Virus record (IMG/VR): IMGVR_UViG_3300021400_000932
Length of the DNA: 64,000 nucleotides
Direction: 5' to 3' (one strand)
Source of the DNA: a virus
Lineage: Duplodnaviria > Heunggongvirae > Uroviricota > Caudoviricetes
Shown here one piece after another: positions 16,154-25,158 of the stretch. The notes under the pieces were generated by a model. It worked only from the letters and a program-made list of their open reading frames with translations, made no database searches and was not told the origin of the DNA. Every line of letters starts with the position of its first letter. Position 1 is the first letter of the stretch. The position numbers and the translations under genes are program-made.

Positions 16154-16513
16154 TTACACCGCCACATCATCCGAAAGCAATTTTGTATTGTCATTATGCA
16201 CCTGCTCAAGATACGACAAAACAGACATAACCTTTTTATACATCTGTAAAAGTTCTTTATCATCTTGCACGATATCGCACTCCGCGCAGTTCCTATCACA
16301 TTTAAGTATGCCGGACTGACGCGATACACATTCATACTCATAGCTGAGTAACTTTTTAATACGACCAACATCTGTTCCGAGATTGCAAAGAAACCGATAG
16401 TTTTCCAACCATCGGCGTAACTGACGATGTTCTTCGCCACAAGCAGAACAATCTTCTTTTTCTTTGCAATGCTCGATTGCTTCATCTATCGTCATAAGCA
16501 TATTTTCAGTCAT
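16154..16513 (-). CDS. hypothetical Cys-rich protein
   Basis: 119-aa ORF. Confidence 0.4.
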   Translation of the reverse strand: MTENMLMTIDEAIEHCKEKEDCSACGEEHRQLRRWLENYRFLCNLGTDVGRIKKLLSYEYECVSRQSGILKCDRNCAECDIVQDDKELLQMYKKVMSVLSYLEQVHNDNTKLLSDDVAV

Positions 16514-16522
16514 TGGAAAACC

Positions 16523-16849
16523 TCATTTTTGTAATCTCGGTGTTATGCAAATATTATCGCCGGAGCCGCTGTTTTCACTAACAACAATATACTCAACACC
16601 GTACTCATTATCAGTAAGAACAGAAACCATGTAATATTTAGGATACTCCGGTTCAGACATCGTAAATGATGAATTTGTTGTAGCATCCACCTTACTTACT
16701 GAACAAGCACCAAGGAAGAATGCTAATAAAAACACGGCGACCAACAAGCAGGCGATTAAGACACGGATAAATTTAGGTTTCATTGTACTCCTCCGATAGC
16801 AATTCTGGATTATCATATATGTTCCCAAGAAATTCATAGATGCGACCAC
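16523..16849 (-). CDS. predicted lipoprotein (start likely internal Met MKPKF)
   Basis: Signal peptide with lipobox: MKPKFIRVLIACLLVAVFLLAFFLGAC. Confidence 0.5.
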   Translation of the reverse strand: MVASMNFLGTYMIIQNCYRRSTMKPKFIRVLIACLLVAVFLLAFFLGACSVSKVDATTNSSFTMSEPEYPKYYMVSVLTDNEYGVEYIVVSENSGSGDNICITPRLQK

Positions 16850-17216
16850 TTCCGATAGAACTAAAAGTCACAATATTATTCACATACTCAATTCGCCATT
16901 GGCAATTCTCTGCATTGTAACATATCTTCCCAATAGGCTGATAATAGGAAGTAACTGTTTCCCTTACAATGTCACCACCGAACAACTTTCTACCACTCTT
17001 GTCAACAAGACCGGTGAATGCGGATAGAGTATCTTTGTCGATAAACTCATAATCCCACAGTTCGCTTACACACATCTCACCACCGGACTTGACAATACAG
17101 TGATAAAATTCTTCACTGACAGCATCTTGGACATAGATGTAATGACCCTCAATCCACTCATTATTGTCAAGTCGCTTTGCGCGAAAAAGGATTCCACTCA
17201 TTTTGTATTCCACCAC
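16773..17216 (-). CDS. YopX-like protein
   Basis: N-terminal ILFRAKRLDNNEWIEGHYIY matches the YopX-family N-terminal signature. Confidence 0.5.
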   Translation of the reverse strand: MVEYKMSGILFRAKRLDNNEWIEGHYIYVQDAVSEEFYHCIVKSGGEMCVSELWDYEFIDKDTLSAFTGLVDKSGRKLFGGDIVRETVTSYYQPIGKICYNAENCQWRIEYVNNIVTFSSIGSGRIYEFLGNIYDNPELLSEEYNET

Positions 17217-17497
17217 TGAAAATTAGTTCTTTCATAATGTCTATCGAGATATTCTTGGTCGCATACTGTAAAACAGCCAGGACTATCACGGATGATGTAA
17301 TCATTCTCAAAAACAATGCTTCGAGGTTTAAGGACACACAGTTCTTTCGTCTTAGTGCCATCCTCACTCTGCAATGTAAAAAATCTTATGTATTTTCCGC
17401 AAAAACGCTTCAATTCGTCTTTGTTTTCACCTGTCCACTGTAAGACCTTTACTGCGACTTTGCGCTTCTCTCTATAAAATATTACCATATCAACCAC
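17198..17497 (-). CDS. hypothetical protein
   Basis: 99-aa ORF. Confidence 0.4.
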   Translation of the reverse strand: MVDMVIFYREKRKVAVKVLQWTGENKDELKRFCGKYIRFFTLQSEDGTKTKELCVLKPRSIVFENDYIIRDSPGCFTVCDQEYLDRHYERTNFQWWNTK

Positions 17498-17505
17498 CGC
17501 TTAAT

Positions 17506-17958
17506 TCAGAAAAGCATCTCTTCAAGCCTGCGTGCTTTTTCCTCAGCTTGTTTCAGCCAGGTTTCATATCTATCCAGCCAATAACCTCGTTCCATAGAGA
17601 GCATTTCCAGCAACTCTTCATCGCTTGCATCGGACAAAGGCAAATGTCCGCTACAACGTGCAGACTCAGTAATTGTATCTGAATCAAACCAAACCCAACC
17701 CTCACAAACACCGACCAGGGTAAAGCCGTACTTTCCGAACAAATTTGGATATTTGGTATCCCAACCCAAGGCTGGGCTGCTCTGATTAACTGCATCAAGC
17801 AGTTCTTGTCTTGTCATATATTTCATAGTATTACTCTTCCAACAGACTCCCAATCGAAGCTGCGGTATTCTGAGCAAGTTTGACATCAACTTCACTCGGA
17901 ACCTGAATCCTATCGTCTGCAAGCAGAACAACCGAACCATAAACATCGCCATTTGCAA
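17506..17958 (-). CDS. hypothetical protein
   Basis: 150-aa ORF; its N-terminus overlaps the next gene, so the true start is probably internal. Confidence 0.4.
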   Translation of the reverse strand: MQMAMFMVRLFCLQTIGFRFRVKLMSNLLRIPQLRLGVCWKSNTMKYMTRQELLDAVNQSSPALGWDTKYPNLFGKYGFTLVGVCEGWVWFDSDTITESARCSGHLPLSDASDEELLEMLSMERGYWLDRYETWLKQAEEKARRLEEMLF

Positions 17959-18367
17959 TAATCGGAATCACCAAAGATGCCGGTCGGCAATTAGCATCGA
18001 ATGTCGGACGAACGACATTATCATGACTGTATGTGTATTGTCTTCTGCTTTCGATGACAGTTTCGAGTTCATTTGAGATAGTCTGTTCAATGTATTGTCG
18101 CTTACTTACTCCGGAAACAGCTACTACTGAGTCTCTGTCAGTAATCAAAACAGAGTGCGAACTTAGCGATTCAAGTACATTTGCAAACTTGCCGACAAAA
18201 GATGATAGAGAACTGATTGGATGATACTTCTTGTAAATAATAGCACCATCCTCAACATAGATTTCCAGAGGGTCACCCTCTCTAATCCTTAAAGAACGGC
18301 GTATCTCCTTCGGAATTATAACTCTCCCGAGGTCATCAATTCTACGAACAATTCCGGTTGCTTTCAT
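17831..18367 (-). CDS. spoVT: SpoVT-like transcriptional regulator (AbrB-type N-terminal domain + GAF-like C-terminal domain)
   Basis: 178 aa. N-terminal MKATGIVRRIDDLGRVIIPKEIRRSLRIREGDPLEIYVE closely resembles Bacillus SpoVT (recalled from memory, not database-checked). Length and two-domain layout also match. Confidence 0.75.
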   Translation of the reverse strand: MKATGIVRRIDDLGRVIIPKEIRRSLRIREGDPLEIYVEDGAIIYKKYHPISSLSSFVGKFANVLESLSSHSVLITDRDSVVAVSGVSKRQYIEQTISNELETVIESRRQYTYSHDNVVRPTFDANCRPASLVIPIIANGDVYGSVVLLADDRIQVPSEVDVKLAQNTAASIGSLLEE

Positions 18368-18379
18368 GATATATACTCC

Positions 18380-18709
18380 TTATTCAAAAGTTTCTGTCAA
18401 AGATAGAACATAAGTCAGCAGATTTTCGGCATCAATCAGCTTACACACTATGCCCATATCCTCTGCTGTTGTAACACTATGTCCATACCAAATTTCTGCT
18501 TTTTCTACATAGCGCTTTGCCTTAGCTAAGGAATCTCGGAAATCCTCAATGGTCTTAACTTCATCACATTTCTTGATTAAAATGCCATCCTCAGCAGCAC
18601 AAAATTCAAATTCATCATTTGTCCTAAGACCTAGTGACTTTCGGATATCTTCTGGAATCTGGATTCTTCCTGTAGCATCAATATGCCTTGTTACTGGTGC
18701 ATCTTTCAC
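18380..18709 (-). CDS. AbrB/MazE-family (SpoVT-AbrB swapped-hairpin) DNA-binding protein
   Basis: N-terminal TRHIDATGRIQIPEDIRKSLGLRTNDEFEF. Confidence 0.6.
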   Translation of the reverse strand: MKDAPVTRHIDATGRIQIPEDIRKSLGLRTNDEFEFCAAEDGILIKKCDEVKTIEDFRDSLAKAKRYVEKAEIWYGHSVTTAEDMGIVCKLIDAENLLTYVLSLTETFE

Positions 18710-19056
18710 ATTACTACCACCTTTCCATTAGCATACTGCGTTGCACACATCCCCACACATTGAGGTGTGCTATAGTGCTTATCCCCATATCTCTTTGTAC
18801 ACACATACCGTGTATCGAACCAACCGGTTCTGCTATCCGAGATGACAGAACTTCCGATAACCAAATCCCCCGCATCGAATAACCTACAGTTACCAAAGTT
18901 ACCCTGAGTAGCAACGATGTGTGCAAACATCTCTTCCTTTGTGTTGAATTCCTTTGCTTCACTCATGGATTCGGCTAACCCACCTCTGTGCGGTCTATAG
19001 ATATACATTAAGACACCTACCTCACAGACAACCACCAATGGATTGTAGATAGGCAA
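18706..19056 (-). CDS. hypothetical protein
   Basis: 116-aa ORF. Confidence 0.4.
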   Translation of the reverse strand: MPIYNPLVVVCEVGVLMYIYRPHRGGLAESMSEAKEFNTKEEMFAHIVATQGNFGNCRLFDAGDLVIGSSVISDSRTGWFDTRYVCTKRYGDKHYSTPQCVGMCATQYANGKVVVM

Positions 19057-19282
19057 TTTTACAACCCTCTTGTAATCTTATGGTTGTTCCATCTGGATTT
19101 TTTATGAATACCTTAGTATTATCTAACGATGCTAACTGCGATAATGCTCGTTCTGCATTTCTTACAATCATTTCATTGTGTGCAATAAAAGATAACGGTA
19201 TGGCTGCATCAGAACTTTTCTTGGCGGTATCTGGATTCTCAGCAACATTAAGGTCGTTTAAGATGTTATCTAATCTCGACAT
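19022..19282 (-). CDS. hypothetical protein
   Basis: 86-aa ORF. Confidence 0.35.
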   Translation of the reverse strand: MSRLDNILNDLNVAENPDTAKKSSDAAIPLSFIAHNEMIVRNAERALSQLASLDNTKVFIKNPDGTTIRLQEGCKIAYLQSIGGCL

Positions 19283-19309
19283 TTTACTTCTCCCTCAGTA
19301 TCATCAGCA

Positions 19310-19807
19310 CTATCTAAAGTGATTTCCACCGTTGACAATTTCGTAAATATACTCATCAACATATTCCCCAGAAGGTGCTCTCACAGCTTCATGCAGTTTT
19401 ACAATGTTGCCACCATAATGATGACAAAACTTATCATAGTGCCTTTTTACAGAGTTTCCGGCAATCATATGCCATTCGACACGATGGTGTGATTGCACTA
19501 ATTCTTTCATCTTTTTAAGAATATCTCTACCAACGATAGGATTACCACGGTCGAACGAATACAGACCGAAGTTATGTATAGTATCGCTAAGTGTGCTAAG
19601 CTGGTAAGATAAGTAGCCGATAAGTTGCTGACCATCAGGCTTGCTGCTGTCAATTATGGCATACTGAAATGAGAAATCTTCACACTTTATTTCTGGAATA
19701 TACGCAGACCCATCATACCCAATGTAGTAGAAAAAATCTTGTGTATATAACTGTTCCTTGAATTTACATTCAATATCATCTTTATAAAGAATTGCAGGCC
19801 TGAGCAT
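19310..19807 (-). CDS. hypothetical protein
   Basis: 165-aa ORF; weak GNAT-like RGNPIVGRDILKKM motif only. Confidence 0.45.
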   Translation of the reverse strand: MLRPAILYKDDIECKFKEQLYTQDFFYYIGYDGSAYIPEIKCEDFSFQYAIIDSSKPDGQQLIGYLSYQLSTLSDTIHNFGLYSFDRGNPIVGRDILKKMKELVQSHHRVEWHMIAGNSVKRHYDKFCHHYGGNIVKLHEAVRAPSGEYVDEYIYEIVNGGNHFR

Positions 19808-19833
19808 ACAAAACCTCCTCGCATGAATTATCT

Positions 19834-20133
19834 CTAACCGGAAGATAGAATACGCAAATCCATCTTCATCCCTTGGTCATCGGGGATTCTGATAAATTTT
19901 CCATAGTTATCCACAGATAACTCATCCTTATCTCCATACCAACAACCATAGCATACACCATATGCTTTTTGATATCTGTTCCAAAACACGCGACCAACTG
20001 TAGAAGATGAAATGATTTCTACCATATCGCCTGTTATGATTTCTCTGTTTTGTGAGTCATATATTCCAGTCGGAATTCCGACATTCTCTCGTTTATCTCT
20101 CGGAATCGGTCTATATTTCTTTTTATCCGGCAT
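19834..20133 (-). CDS. hypothetical protein
   Basis: 99-aa ORF. Confidence 0.4.
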   Translation of the reverse strand: MPDKKKYRPIPRDKRENVGIPTGIYDSQNREIITGDMVEIISSSTVGRVFWNRYQKAYGVCYGCWYGDKDELSVDNYGKFIRIPDDQGMKMDLRILSSG

Positions 20134-20144
20134 TCTTTACTCCT

Positions 20145-20342
20145 TCAACTCTTCACACTCGATATTGCCTTTAATGCAGTATGATGATACAAATGACCAT
20201 CAGCACAAAGAATAAATGCGTCTTTATCTTCGATAGAGATATTACATATTTCTTCTTGTCTGTATATCGGACTTTTACCACCGTGTTCAATAATCAGAAC
20301 CTTGTCACCGGCATTCAACTTCTTAATGTCCGAAAACCTCAT
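20145..20342 (-). CDS. hypothetical protein
   Basis: 65-aa ORF. Confidence 0.35.
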   Translation of the reverse strand: MRFSDIKKLNAGDKVLIIEHGGKSPIYRQEEICNISIEDKDAFILCADGHLYHHTALKAISSVKS

Positions 20343-20376
20343 AATCCATCCCTCTGTTTCGATATAAAAGAATACA

Positions 20377-20754
20377 TTAATCTTGTATCCCTCTGGATTC
20401 TTCGTCTAACACCTTTAGAATAAACTTTAATGCATCCATTATAGTGCTAAGTTCGCTATCGCCGCCAAGAACTACTTCGAATCCGTCCTCTCCAACATCC
20501 GTACAGGAATCAATAAGTTGTACTTCAATATCTGTACTTGCGAGGTCATGAATACGAAAATACGTGCGTCCTCCATGTCCCGAATCTCCGCCCATATAAC
20601 CGGTGGTACCAGCCTCTACTTCGAGCATATTGGCACCAAATATTACACGACTATAAGTTGTAATTGCTTTTCCATCCGGCAATGTGCGTACATCTTTTTT
20701 AATTTCATACATTTTAATTCCCCTCCAGTTTATTTGTATTTTCCCAACCATCAA
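20377..20754 (-). CDS. hypothetical protein
   Basis: 125-aa ORF. Confidence 0.4.
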   Translation of the reverse strand: MMVGKIQINWRGIKMYEIKKDVRTLPDGKAITTYSRVIFGANMLEVEAGTTGYMGGDSGHGGRTYFRIHDLASTDIEVQLIDSCTDVGEDGFEVVLGGDSELSTIMDALKFILKVLDEESRGIQD

Positions 20755-21115
20755 AGATATTGCCTATAACTTCGAGGTACTGCGAATTCCATAAAGCATC
20801 TGAATCAGGACAAGGATGTTTGTCCTCTAAGGCATATAAATCCCAGCCTGCAAAATACTGTGAGCTGAGCCACACAACGGAGCAAGCTCTGCCATGCTGA
20901 GTACGAACAACATCACCTTCAAAAATAGGAGTTCCAAACTTATCATTTCGACCGGTATATTCACACACAGATTCCGGAATGATTTCATACGGAGAATCAA
21001 ATTCTTGTGTTTCTGTATCAATGTGGGTAATCTGCTGTTCTTTGGTAAACACACCGCAAGCAGGAAGTCCTTGTATCCACTGCTTATTGTCTTTCCTCTT
21101 TGCCCTGATTGACAC
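20714..21115 (-). CDS. YopX-like protein (second paralog), GTG start abutting the IS right end
   Basis: MSIRAKRKDNKQWIQG parallels the other YopX-like N-terminus; the start codon GTG at 21113-21115 lies ~5 nt from the IS terminal hairpin. Confidence 0.5.
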   Translation of the reverse strand: MSIRAKRKDNKQWIQGLPACGVFTKEQQITHIDTETQEFDSPYEIIPESVCEYTGRNDKFGTPIFEGDVVRTQHGRACSVVWLSSQYFAGWDLYALEDKHPCPDSDALWNSQYLEVIGNIFDGWENTNKLEGN

Positions 21116-21116
21116 T

Positions 21117-21300
21117 CCACACGACTAAAGTCGTGGGATTCTTGCTTCAACGACTACGGCGAGCGTTTTACTCAAAGAGTTCAGCTCGACTTACACAATC
21201 TCCACAAGCTAGATTAAAGAGTTCCCGTGTGCCCCACGGTGCTCTGTGTATTAATAGAGGTTAAGCTATCATAGCCAACCCTTTAGTTAATATATTCATA
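21117..21300 (-). ncRNA. putative TnpB omega/right-end guide RNA (3' end of tnpB plus right end)
   Basis: Structured ~145-nt right-end segment downstream of the tnpB stop, ending in the terminal hairpin; by analogy to characterised IS605 TnpB systems. Confidence 0.4.
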
Positions 21301-22355
21301 GCGGCATTGACATCTCTGTCGTGATACTCTCCGCACTCGGGGCAAGTCCACTTTCGTATAGCTAAATTCTTAACTAATGGATTTTTATATCCGCACTTGT
21401 TACACAACTGACTGCTCGGATAGGTAGTAGGCACTCTCTGTACTGTCCTGCCGTACCAGGCAGCTTTGTATTCAAGCATTGTAAAAAACTTAGACCACGA
21501 AGCGGAGGATATACTTTTAGCCAGCTTGTGATTTTTGAGCATATTTTTGATTTTCAAGTCTTCTACACAGATTACTTGGTTTTCGTTAATCAGTGTAGTT
21601 GAAAGCTTTTGCAAAAAATCATTTCGCTGATTAGATACCTTCTCGTGGACTTTAGCTACTCTTAGTCGTTGCTTATCTCTGTTATGGGAGTCAACCTTCT
21701 TTCTGGAAAGTTTTCTTTGTTCTCTGCGTAATTTTCTTTGTGTTCGTTCTAACCTTTTGTGATTAGGTACAGAATTACCGTTACTGTCGGAATAGAAATC
21801 TTTTATGCCGACATCTATACCAATAACGGAATCTATTCTGTCTAAAGGTTGAGGTTCAAAGTCAATGTTAAGAACAGCAAAATACTTTCCTGTAGGTGTT
21901 CTCTCTACAGTAACATTATTAATATGACCTATATTCATTGACTGTTTGACTTTAATATAGCCAAGCTTTGGTAACTTTAGTTTATTGCCGTCAATGCGAA
22001 TATTATTACCTTGATTAAGAGTTCTGTAACTCTGGCGATGGTTATGTTTACTTTTGAAACAAGGATATCTGCCTAACTTCTTAAAGAAGTTTTGATACGC
22101 TCGGTCTAAATCCCTGAGAGATTGTTGCAGAGCAATACTATCAACTTCCTTAAGAAAGGAAAAGTCATCTTGCATTTTCATAGAGGTGAGCATAGCAGAA
22201 GTAGCGGTATAGTTAGCTTTATTACCTAACTTGTATTGTTCAATTCTGTATGCTAAACCTTTGTTGTAAATGAATCGAACACAACCAAGAGTGCGGTTTA
22301 TTATGTTTTGCTGTTCCCGATTGGGATAGATACGAAACTTTACACCTTTGTTCAT
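21261..22355 (-). CDS. tnpB: TnpB (IS605 OrfB-family RNA-guided nuclease)
   Basis: 364 aa; RuvC-like motifs ([10 protein letters not shown]) and C-terminal zinc finger CNKCG...CPECG. Confidence 0.85.
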   Translation of the reverse strand: MNKGVKFRIYPNREQQNIINRTLGCVRFIYNKGLAYRIEQYKLGNKANYTATSAMLTSMKMQDDFSFLKEVDSIALQQSLRDLDRAYQNFFKKLGRYPCFKSKHNHRQSYRTLNQGNNIRIDGNKLKLPKLGYIKVKQSMNIGHINNVTVERTPTGKYFAVLNIDFEPQPLDRIDSVIGIDVGIKDFYSDSNGNSVPNHKRLERTQRKLRREQRKLSRKKVDSHNRDKQRLRVAKVHEKVSNQRNDFLQKLSTTLINENQVICVEDLKIKNMLKNHKLAKSISSASWSKFFTMLEYKAAWYGRTVQRVPTTYPSSQLCNKCGYKNPLVKNLAIRKWTCPECGEYHDRDVNAAMNILTKGLAMIA

Positions 22356-22364
22356 TACAAACTC

Positions 22365-22781
22365 CTATGGTCTTGTTTTCTGGGTATTTACATACCACTG
22401 TATTGTTTCAGAGCTTACATTACCGGCAGTAGAAACAAAGTAACTTCTAGTCCAAAGACTAGGCATAGCACTGAGTTCGTTAAATTCTTTGCGAAGTATC
22501 ACTGAGGATGCACCTTTAATGTATTGCATGATTTGTGGAATTGATTGTGTAGGTAAAGCACTTACAAAAATATGAACGTGGTCTACATGACATTCTAAAG
22601 CAAGAATTTCAATCTTTTGTTTTTTGCACACCGCTAAGGTTAATTCCTTGAACCGTTCTTCAACTCCTTTAATATTGAAGATTTTTCTACGGTAGCGAGG
22701 GCAAAATACAAAATGATAGTTAATCAATGATACTGTTGTTTTTGTGTGTTTATATATATTCTTCATATATATATTATACAA
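22365..22781 (-). CDS. tnpA: TnpA (IS200-like Y1 HuH transposase)
   Basis: INYHFVFCPRYRRKIF and HVDHVHIFVSALP (HuH) motifs; ~130 aa. Confidence 0.85.
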   Translation of the reverse strand: MYNIYMKNIYKHTKTTVSLINYHFVFCPRYRRKIFNIKGVEERFKELTLAVCKKQKIEILALECHVDHVHIFVSALPTQSIPQIMQYIKGASSVILRKEFNELSAMPSLWTRSYFVSTAGNVSSETIQWYVNTQKTRP

Positions 22782-22797
22782 CTATGAATAGATGTAG

Positions 22798-23217
22798 TCA
22801 AGAAATACATCTACTAATTTTAAGAATATTTGCGGCTATCATCCCACAGCTAAAGCAATAGGTTTTCTCACCGCAAGAAATTATAAGAAAATTCTCTACT
22901 TCTTGATGTTCGTCAAGATATTTTTGAATTTCATCACCCCTGTTTCCGGTAGAAACATATGGGGTTCGACCGAGTATCTTAACACCATCCCAAAGACCGC
23001 CATTGACAAGACAATCCTTGTAGTTATTATCGAATCGCCATGTACTTGTCACAACAATAGCATACCCACATTCCTCGCAGAATTTGGATACCCATTGGAC
23101 AGCTTGGAAGTTATTTACTTTATTATCTCCGGAATGATTAAACCGGCAGTGCTTACCGATATCATCCCACATAGGAGTATTCACAACTCCATCATAGTCT
23201 AAAAACAGGACATTCAT
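22798..23217 (-). CDS. HAD-superfamily phosphatase-like protein (C-terminus possibly remodelled by IS insertion)
   Basis: N-terminal MNVLFLDYDGVVN matches HAD motif I (DxDGV). The last codons SRCIS-stop are encoded by the 5' arm of the IS left-end hairpin. Confidence 0.55.
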   Translation of the reverse strand: MNVLFLDYDGVVNTPMWDDIGKHCRFNHSGDNKVNNFQAVQWVSKFCEECGYAIVVTSTWRFDNNYKDCLVNGGLWDGVKILGRTPYVSTGNRGDEIQKYLDEHQEVENFLIISCGEKTYCFSCGMIAANILKISRCIS

Positions 23218-23354
23218 TCTTTGTTATCCCTTTCCTCTTTCTTAGCTCTTGTAAGCATGAGAAGTACAATAGACAGAATCACTTGAACAATAGTTAAGAT
23301 TGTCTGAAAGAAGTTTACCATCAATATAAGAAAGGAGAAATTTCCTTCGGACAT
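23214..23354 (-). CDS. small hydrophobic membrane peptide (46 aa), not in ORF track
   Basis: Translated by hand: MSEGNFSFLILMVNFFQTILTIVQVILSIVLLMLTRAKKEERDNKE; the TGA stop overlaps the ATG of the downstream gene (ATGA). Confidence 0.45.
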   Translation of the reverse strand: MSEGNFSFLILMVNFFQTILTIVQVILSIVLLMLTRAKKEERDNKE

Positions 23355-23370
23355 CCACTTCGAAATATTA

Positions 23371-23529
23371 TCAAATAAGTTCATCGACGTCTTTACCTTG
23401 TTCTATAGATTTTATGATTGCATTTATGTTATGTACCCTAACAATGCACATTATGGCAACGCCAAAGAAACCGCCTACAAGTAAACCGATTAAACCGCCG
23501 ACAAGAAGTCCGGCCATAAAATCAGGCAT
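23371..23529 (-). CDS. small glycine-zipper membrane peptide (52 aa), not in ORF track
   Basis: Translated by hand: MPDFMAGLLVGGLIGLLVGGFFGVAIMCIVRVHNINAIIKSIEQGKDVDELI. Confidence 0.45.
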   Translation of the reverse strand: MPDFMAGLLVGGLIGLLVGGFFGVAIMCIVRVHNINAIIKSIEQGKDVDELI

Positions 23530-23547
23530 AATATCAACTCCAAACAA

Positions 23548-24069
23548 TCATTCATATGTTATGGTTCCCGATGTGATGGGAAAACCAGTTGATTCCTCGA
23601 TAGACTCACGTGTGTTGTTTATGAGTTCCTGTGTCATAGGCAGACAACCCCTATGCACAGCCGAAACCTTTGCATCATTCGGATGAATACCGAAAGGCAT
23701 TTTGAACTTCTTCGGCAGCACCCAAAGATGATATGTGTCTGTCATATCTACTAAACGATTTTCGGCAGGGAATACCTCTATGGCTACCCTATCCTCACCG
23801 AACAACTCATTCTTGATTTCCTGCTTGATTCTCCACGGAATGTCACCGGCACCGGAGTTGTCAAGAGATTTTGCAATGTCTCTATTTATCCGGATAATAG
23901 TAACATGTTCTACCTTACCGATTTCTGTTCCGATAAGTCTTGAACACACCTGAAAACCATCATTTGAATGCCAGCACCTATCCATCTTAGGCATCCAATC
24001 ACCACGGTATACATGCATTGTATCATTCAATGCTTTAGGAGATATTACATCTCTCCACACTCTCGCCAT
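23548..24069 (-). CDS. hypothetical protein
   Basis: 173-aa ORF. Confidence 0.5.
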   Translation of the reverse strand: MARVWRDVISPKALNDTMHVYRGDWMPKMDRCWHSNDGFQVCSRLIGTEIGKVEHVTIIRINRDIAKSLDNSGAGDIPWRIKQEIKNELFGEDRVAIEVFPAENRLVDMTDTYHLWVLPKKFKMPFGIHPNDAKVSAVHRGCLPMTQELINNTRESIEESTGFPITSGTITYE

Positions 24070-24105
24070 ATAGAAAATCCTCCAATCAATTTACATAAAC
24101 ATGGA

Positions 24106-24702
24106 TTATAAAACGCTCAAGCACTCATCAATATATGCTTTAACCCGCAGACCAAACTCCTTAACTCGTTCGCAATATATAACCATCATCCTTTCGGTGA
24201 TTGTTTTATCTTCGCGTTCTAAGGCTTGCTTGATTAATCCTTGATTTGCAAGCATATTCCGCAATGTTTTATTAGAAATGGTATTCAGACCATCAATGAT
24301 GGCATCCAACAGTTCTCTATCGGACATTGTGATATGAGGATTAAATTTGCGTTTGCCTAATTCAGCAATCCCGTTACGTGTGTCCCAATAAATTGCAATT
24401 TTCGGCATCGACCTAATCCTATACTTATTACCGCAGTAGTTGTCCATCCACTCAGTATATGGCCAATGCTTATTTCTAACATAGATAGTGGAATTGAACA
24501 TCGGACTATCAATTTGCATAATGCTATAAAGTTGGATAAGATATAAATACATATCCAACCTTTTGCGTCGCATATGAATACCATTAGCTAAGTTGGTGTT
24601 TACAATATAACCGGCAATATCCAAAACTGTGTATATTCTGTGCTTAGACCTCACCTTTACCATTTCAGCTCGTTCATCAGCTTGCTTTACAAGATTAAGC
24701 AT
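24106..24702 (-). CDS. hypothetical protein
   Basis: 198-aa ORF. Confidence 0.5.
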   Translation of the reverse strand: MLNLVKQADERAEMVKVRSKHRIYTVLDIAGYIVNTNLANGIHMRRKRLDMYLYLIQLYSIMQIDSPMFNSTIYVRNKHWPYTEWMDNYCGNKYRIRSMPKIAIYWDTRNGIAELGKRKFNPHITMSDRELLDAIIDGLNTISNKTLRNMLANQGLIKQALEREDKTITERMMVIYCERVKEFGLRVKAYIDECLSVL

Positions 24703-24717
24703 ATGCAGAAATCTCCC

Positions 24718-25155
24718 TTATGTTTCAGTAAAATAAAACCCGGTTAATTCTGCACCCTTATCCAGATATGCAACTCTGGCTGCCGGATTATCAATCAAAT
24801 TGTTGTCAAGAGGAAAAGCAATAAAATCCTTTAGGTTGTGAATTTTCTCTTTGTACGAATCAACCATATATTTATACAGTTGTCCAGCCCTTTCTATTGC
24901 ATTGTCTCTGCGTGCAAACAAGCTATCATTTCTCACATCGAAATTATTTTTATCTATGGCAGCAAACGATGCATTGTCATCTTCATCTAGGTCATCCACA
25001 TCAGCAACATATGACCATTCCTGACCAGGCAGAACACAAGTTACTTCCATAGGAACAGGATTCCCAGAAACCACAAGGAAATAAAACTCATCCTGTTCAA
25101 TTATCTCGCCATCGGCAGTATACATTTCTTTATCTAACATAGTAATCCTCCCCAA
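24718..25155 (-). CDS. hypothetical acidic protein
   Basis: 145-aa ORF. Confidence 0.45.
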   Translation of the reverse strand: MGRITMLDKEMYTADGEIIEQDEFYFLVVSGNPVPMEVTCVLPGQEWSYVADVDDLDEDDNASFAAIDKNNFDVRNDSLFARRDNAIERAGQLYKYMVDSYKEKIHNLKDFIAFPLDNNLIDNPAARVAYLDKGAELTGFYFTET

Positions 25156-25158
25156 CTC

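Larger units (their letters stand above)
21117..22835 (-). mobile_element. IS200/IS605-family insertion sequence (IS605-like: tnpA + tnpB), ~1.7 kb; ends approximate
   Basis: Contains Y1 transposase TnpA (HVDHVHIF HuH motif) and TnpB (RuvC-like with C-terminal zinc finger CNKCGY...[19 protein letters not shown]). Subterminal hairpins at the left end (TAGATGTA-loop-TACATCTA, 22789-22813) and right end (CACGACT-AAA-GTCGTG, 21120-21135). Confidence 0.8.
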
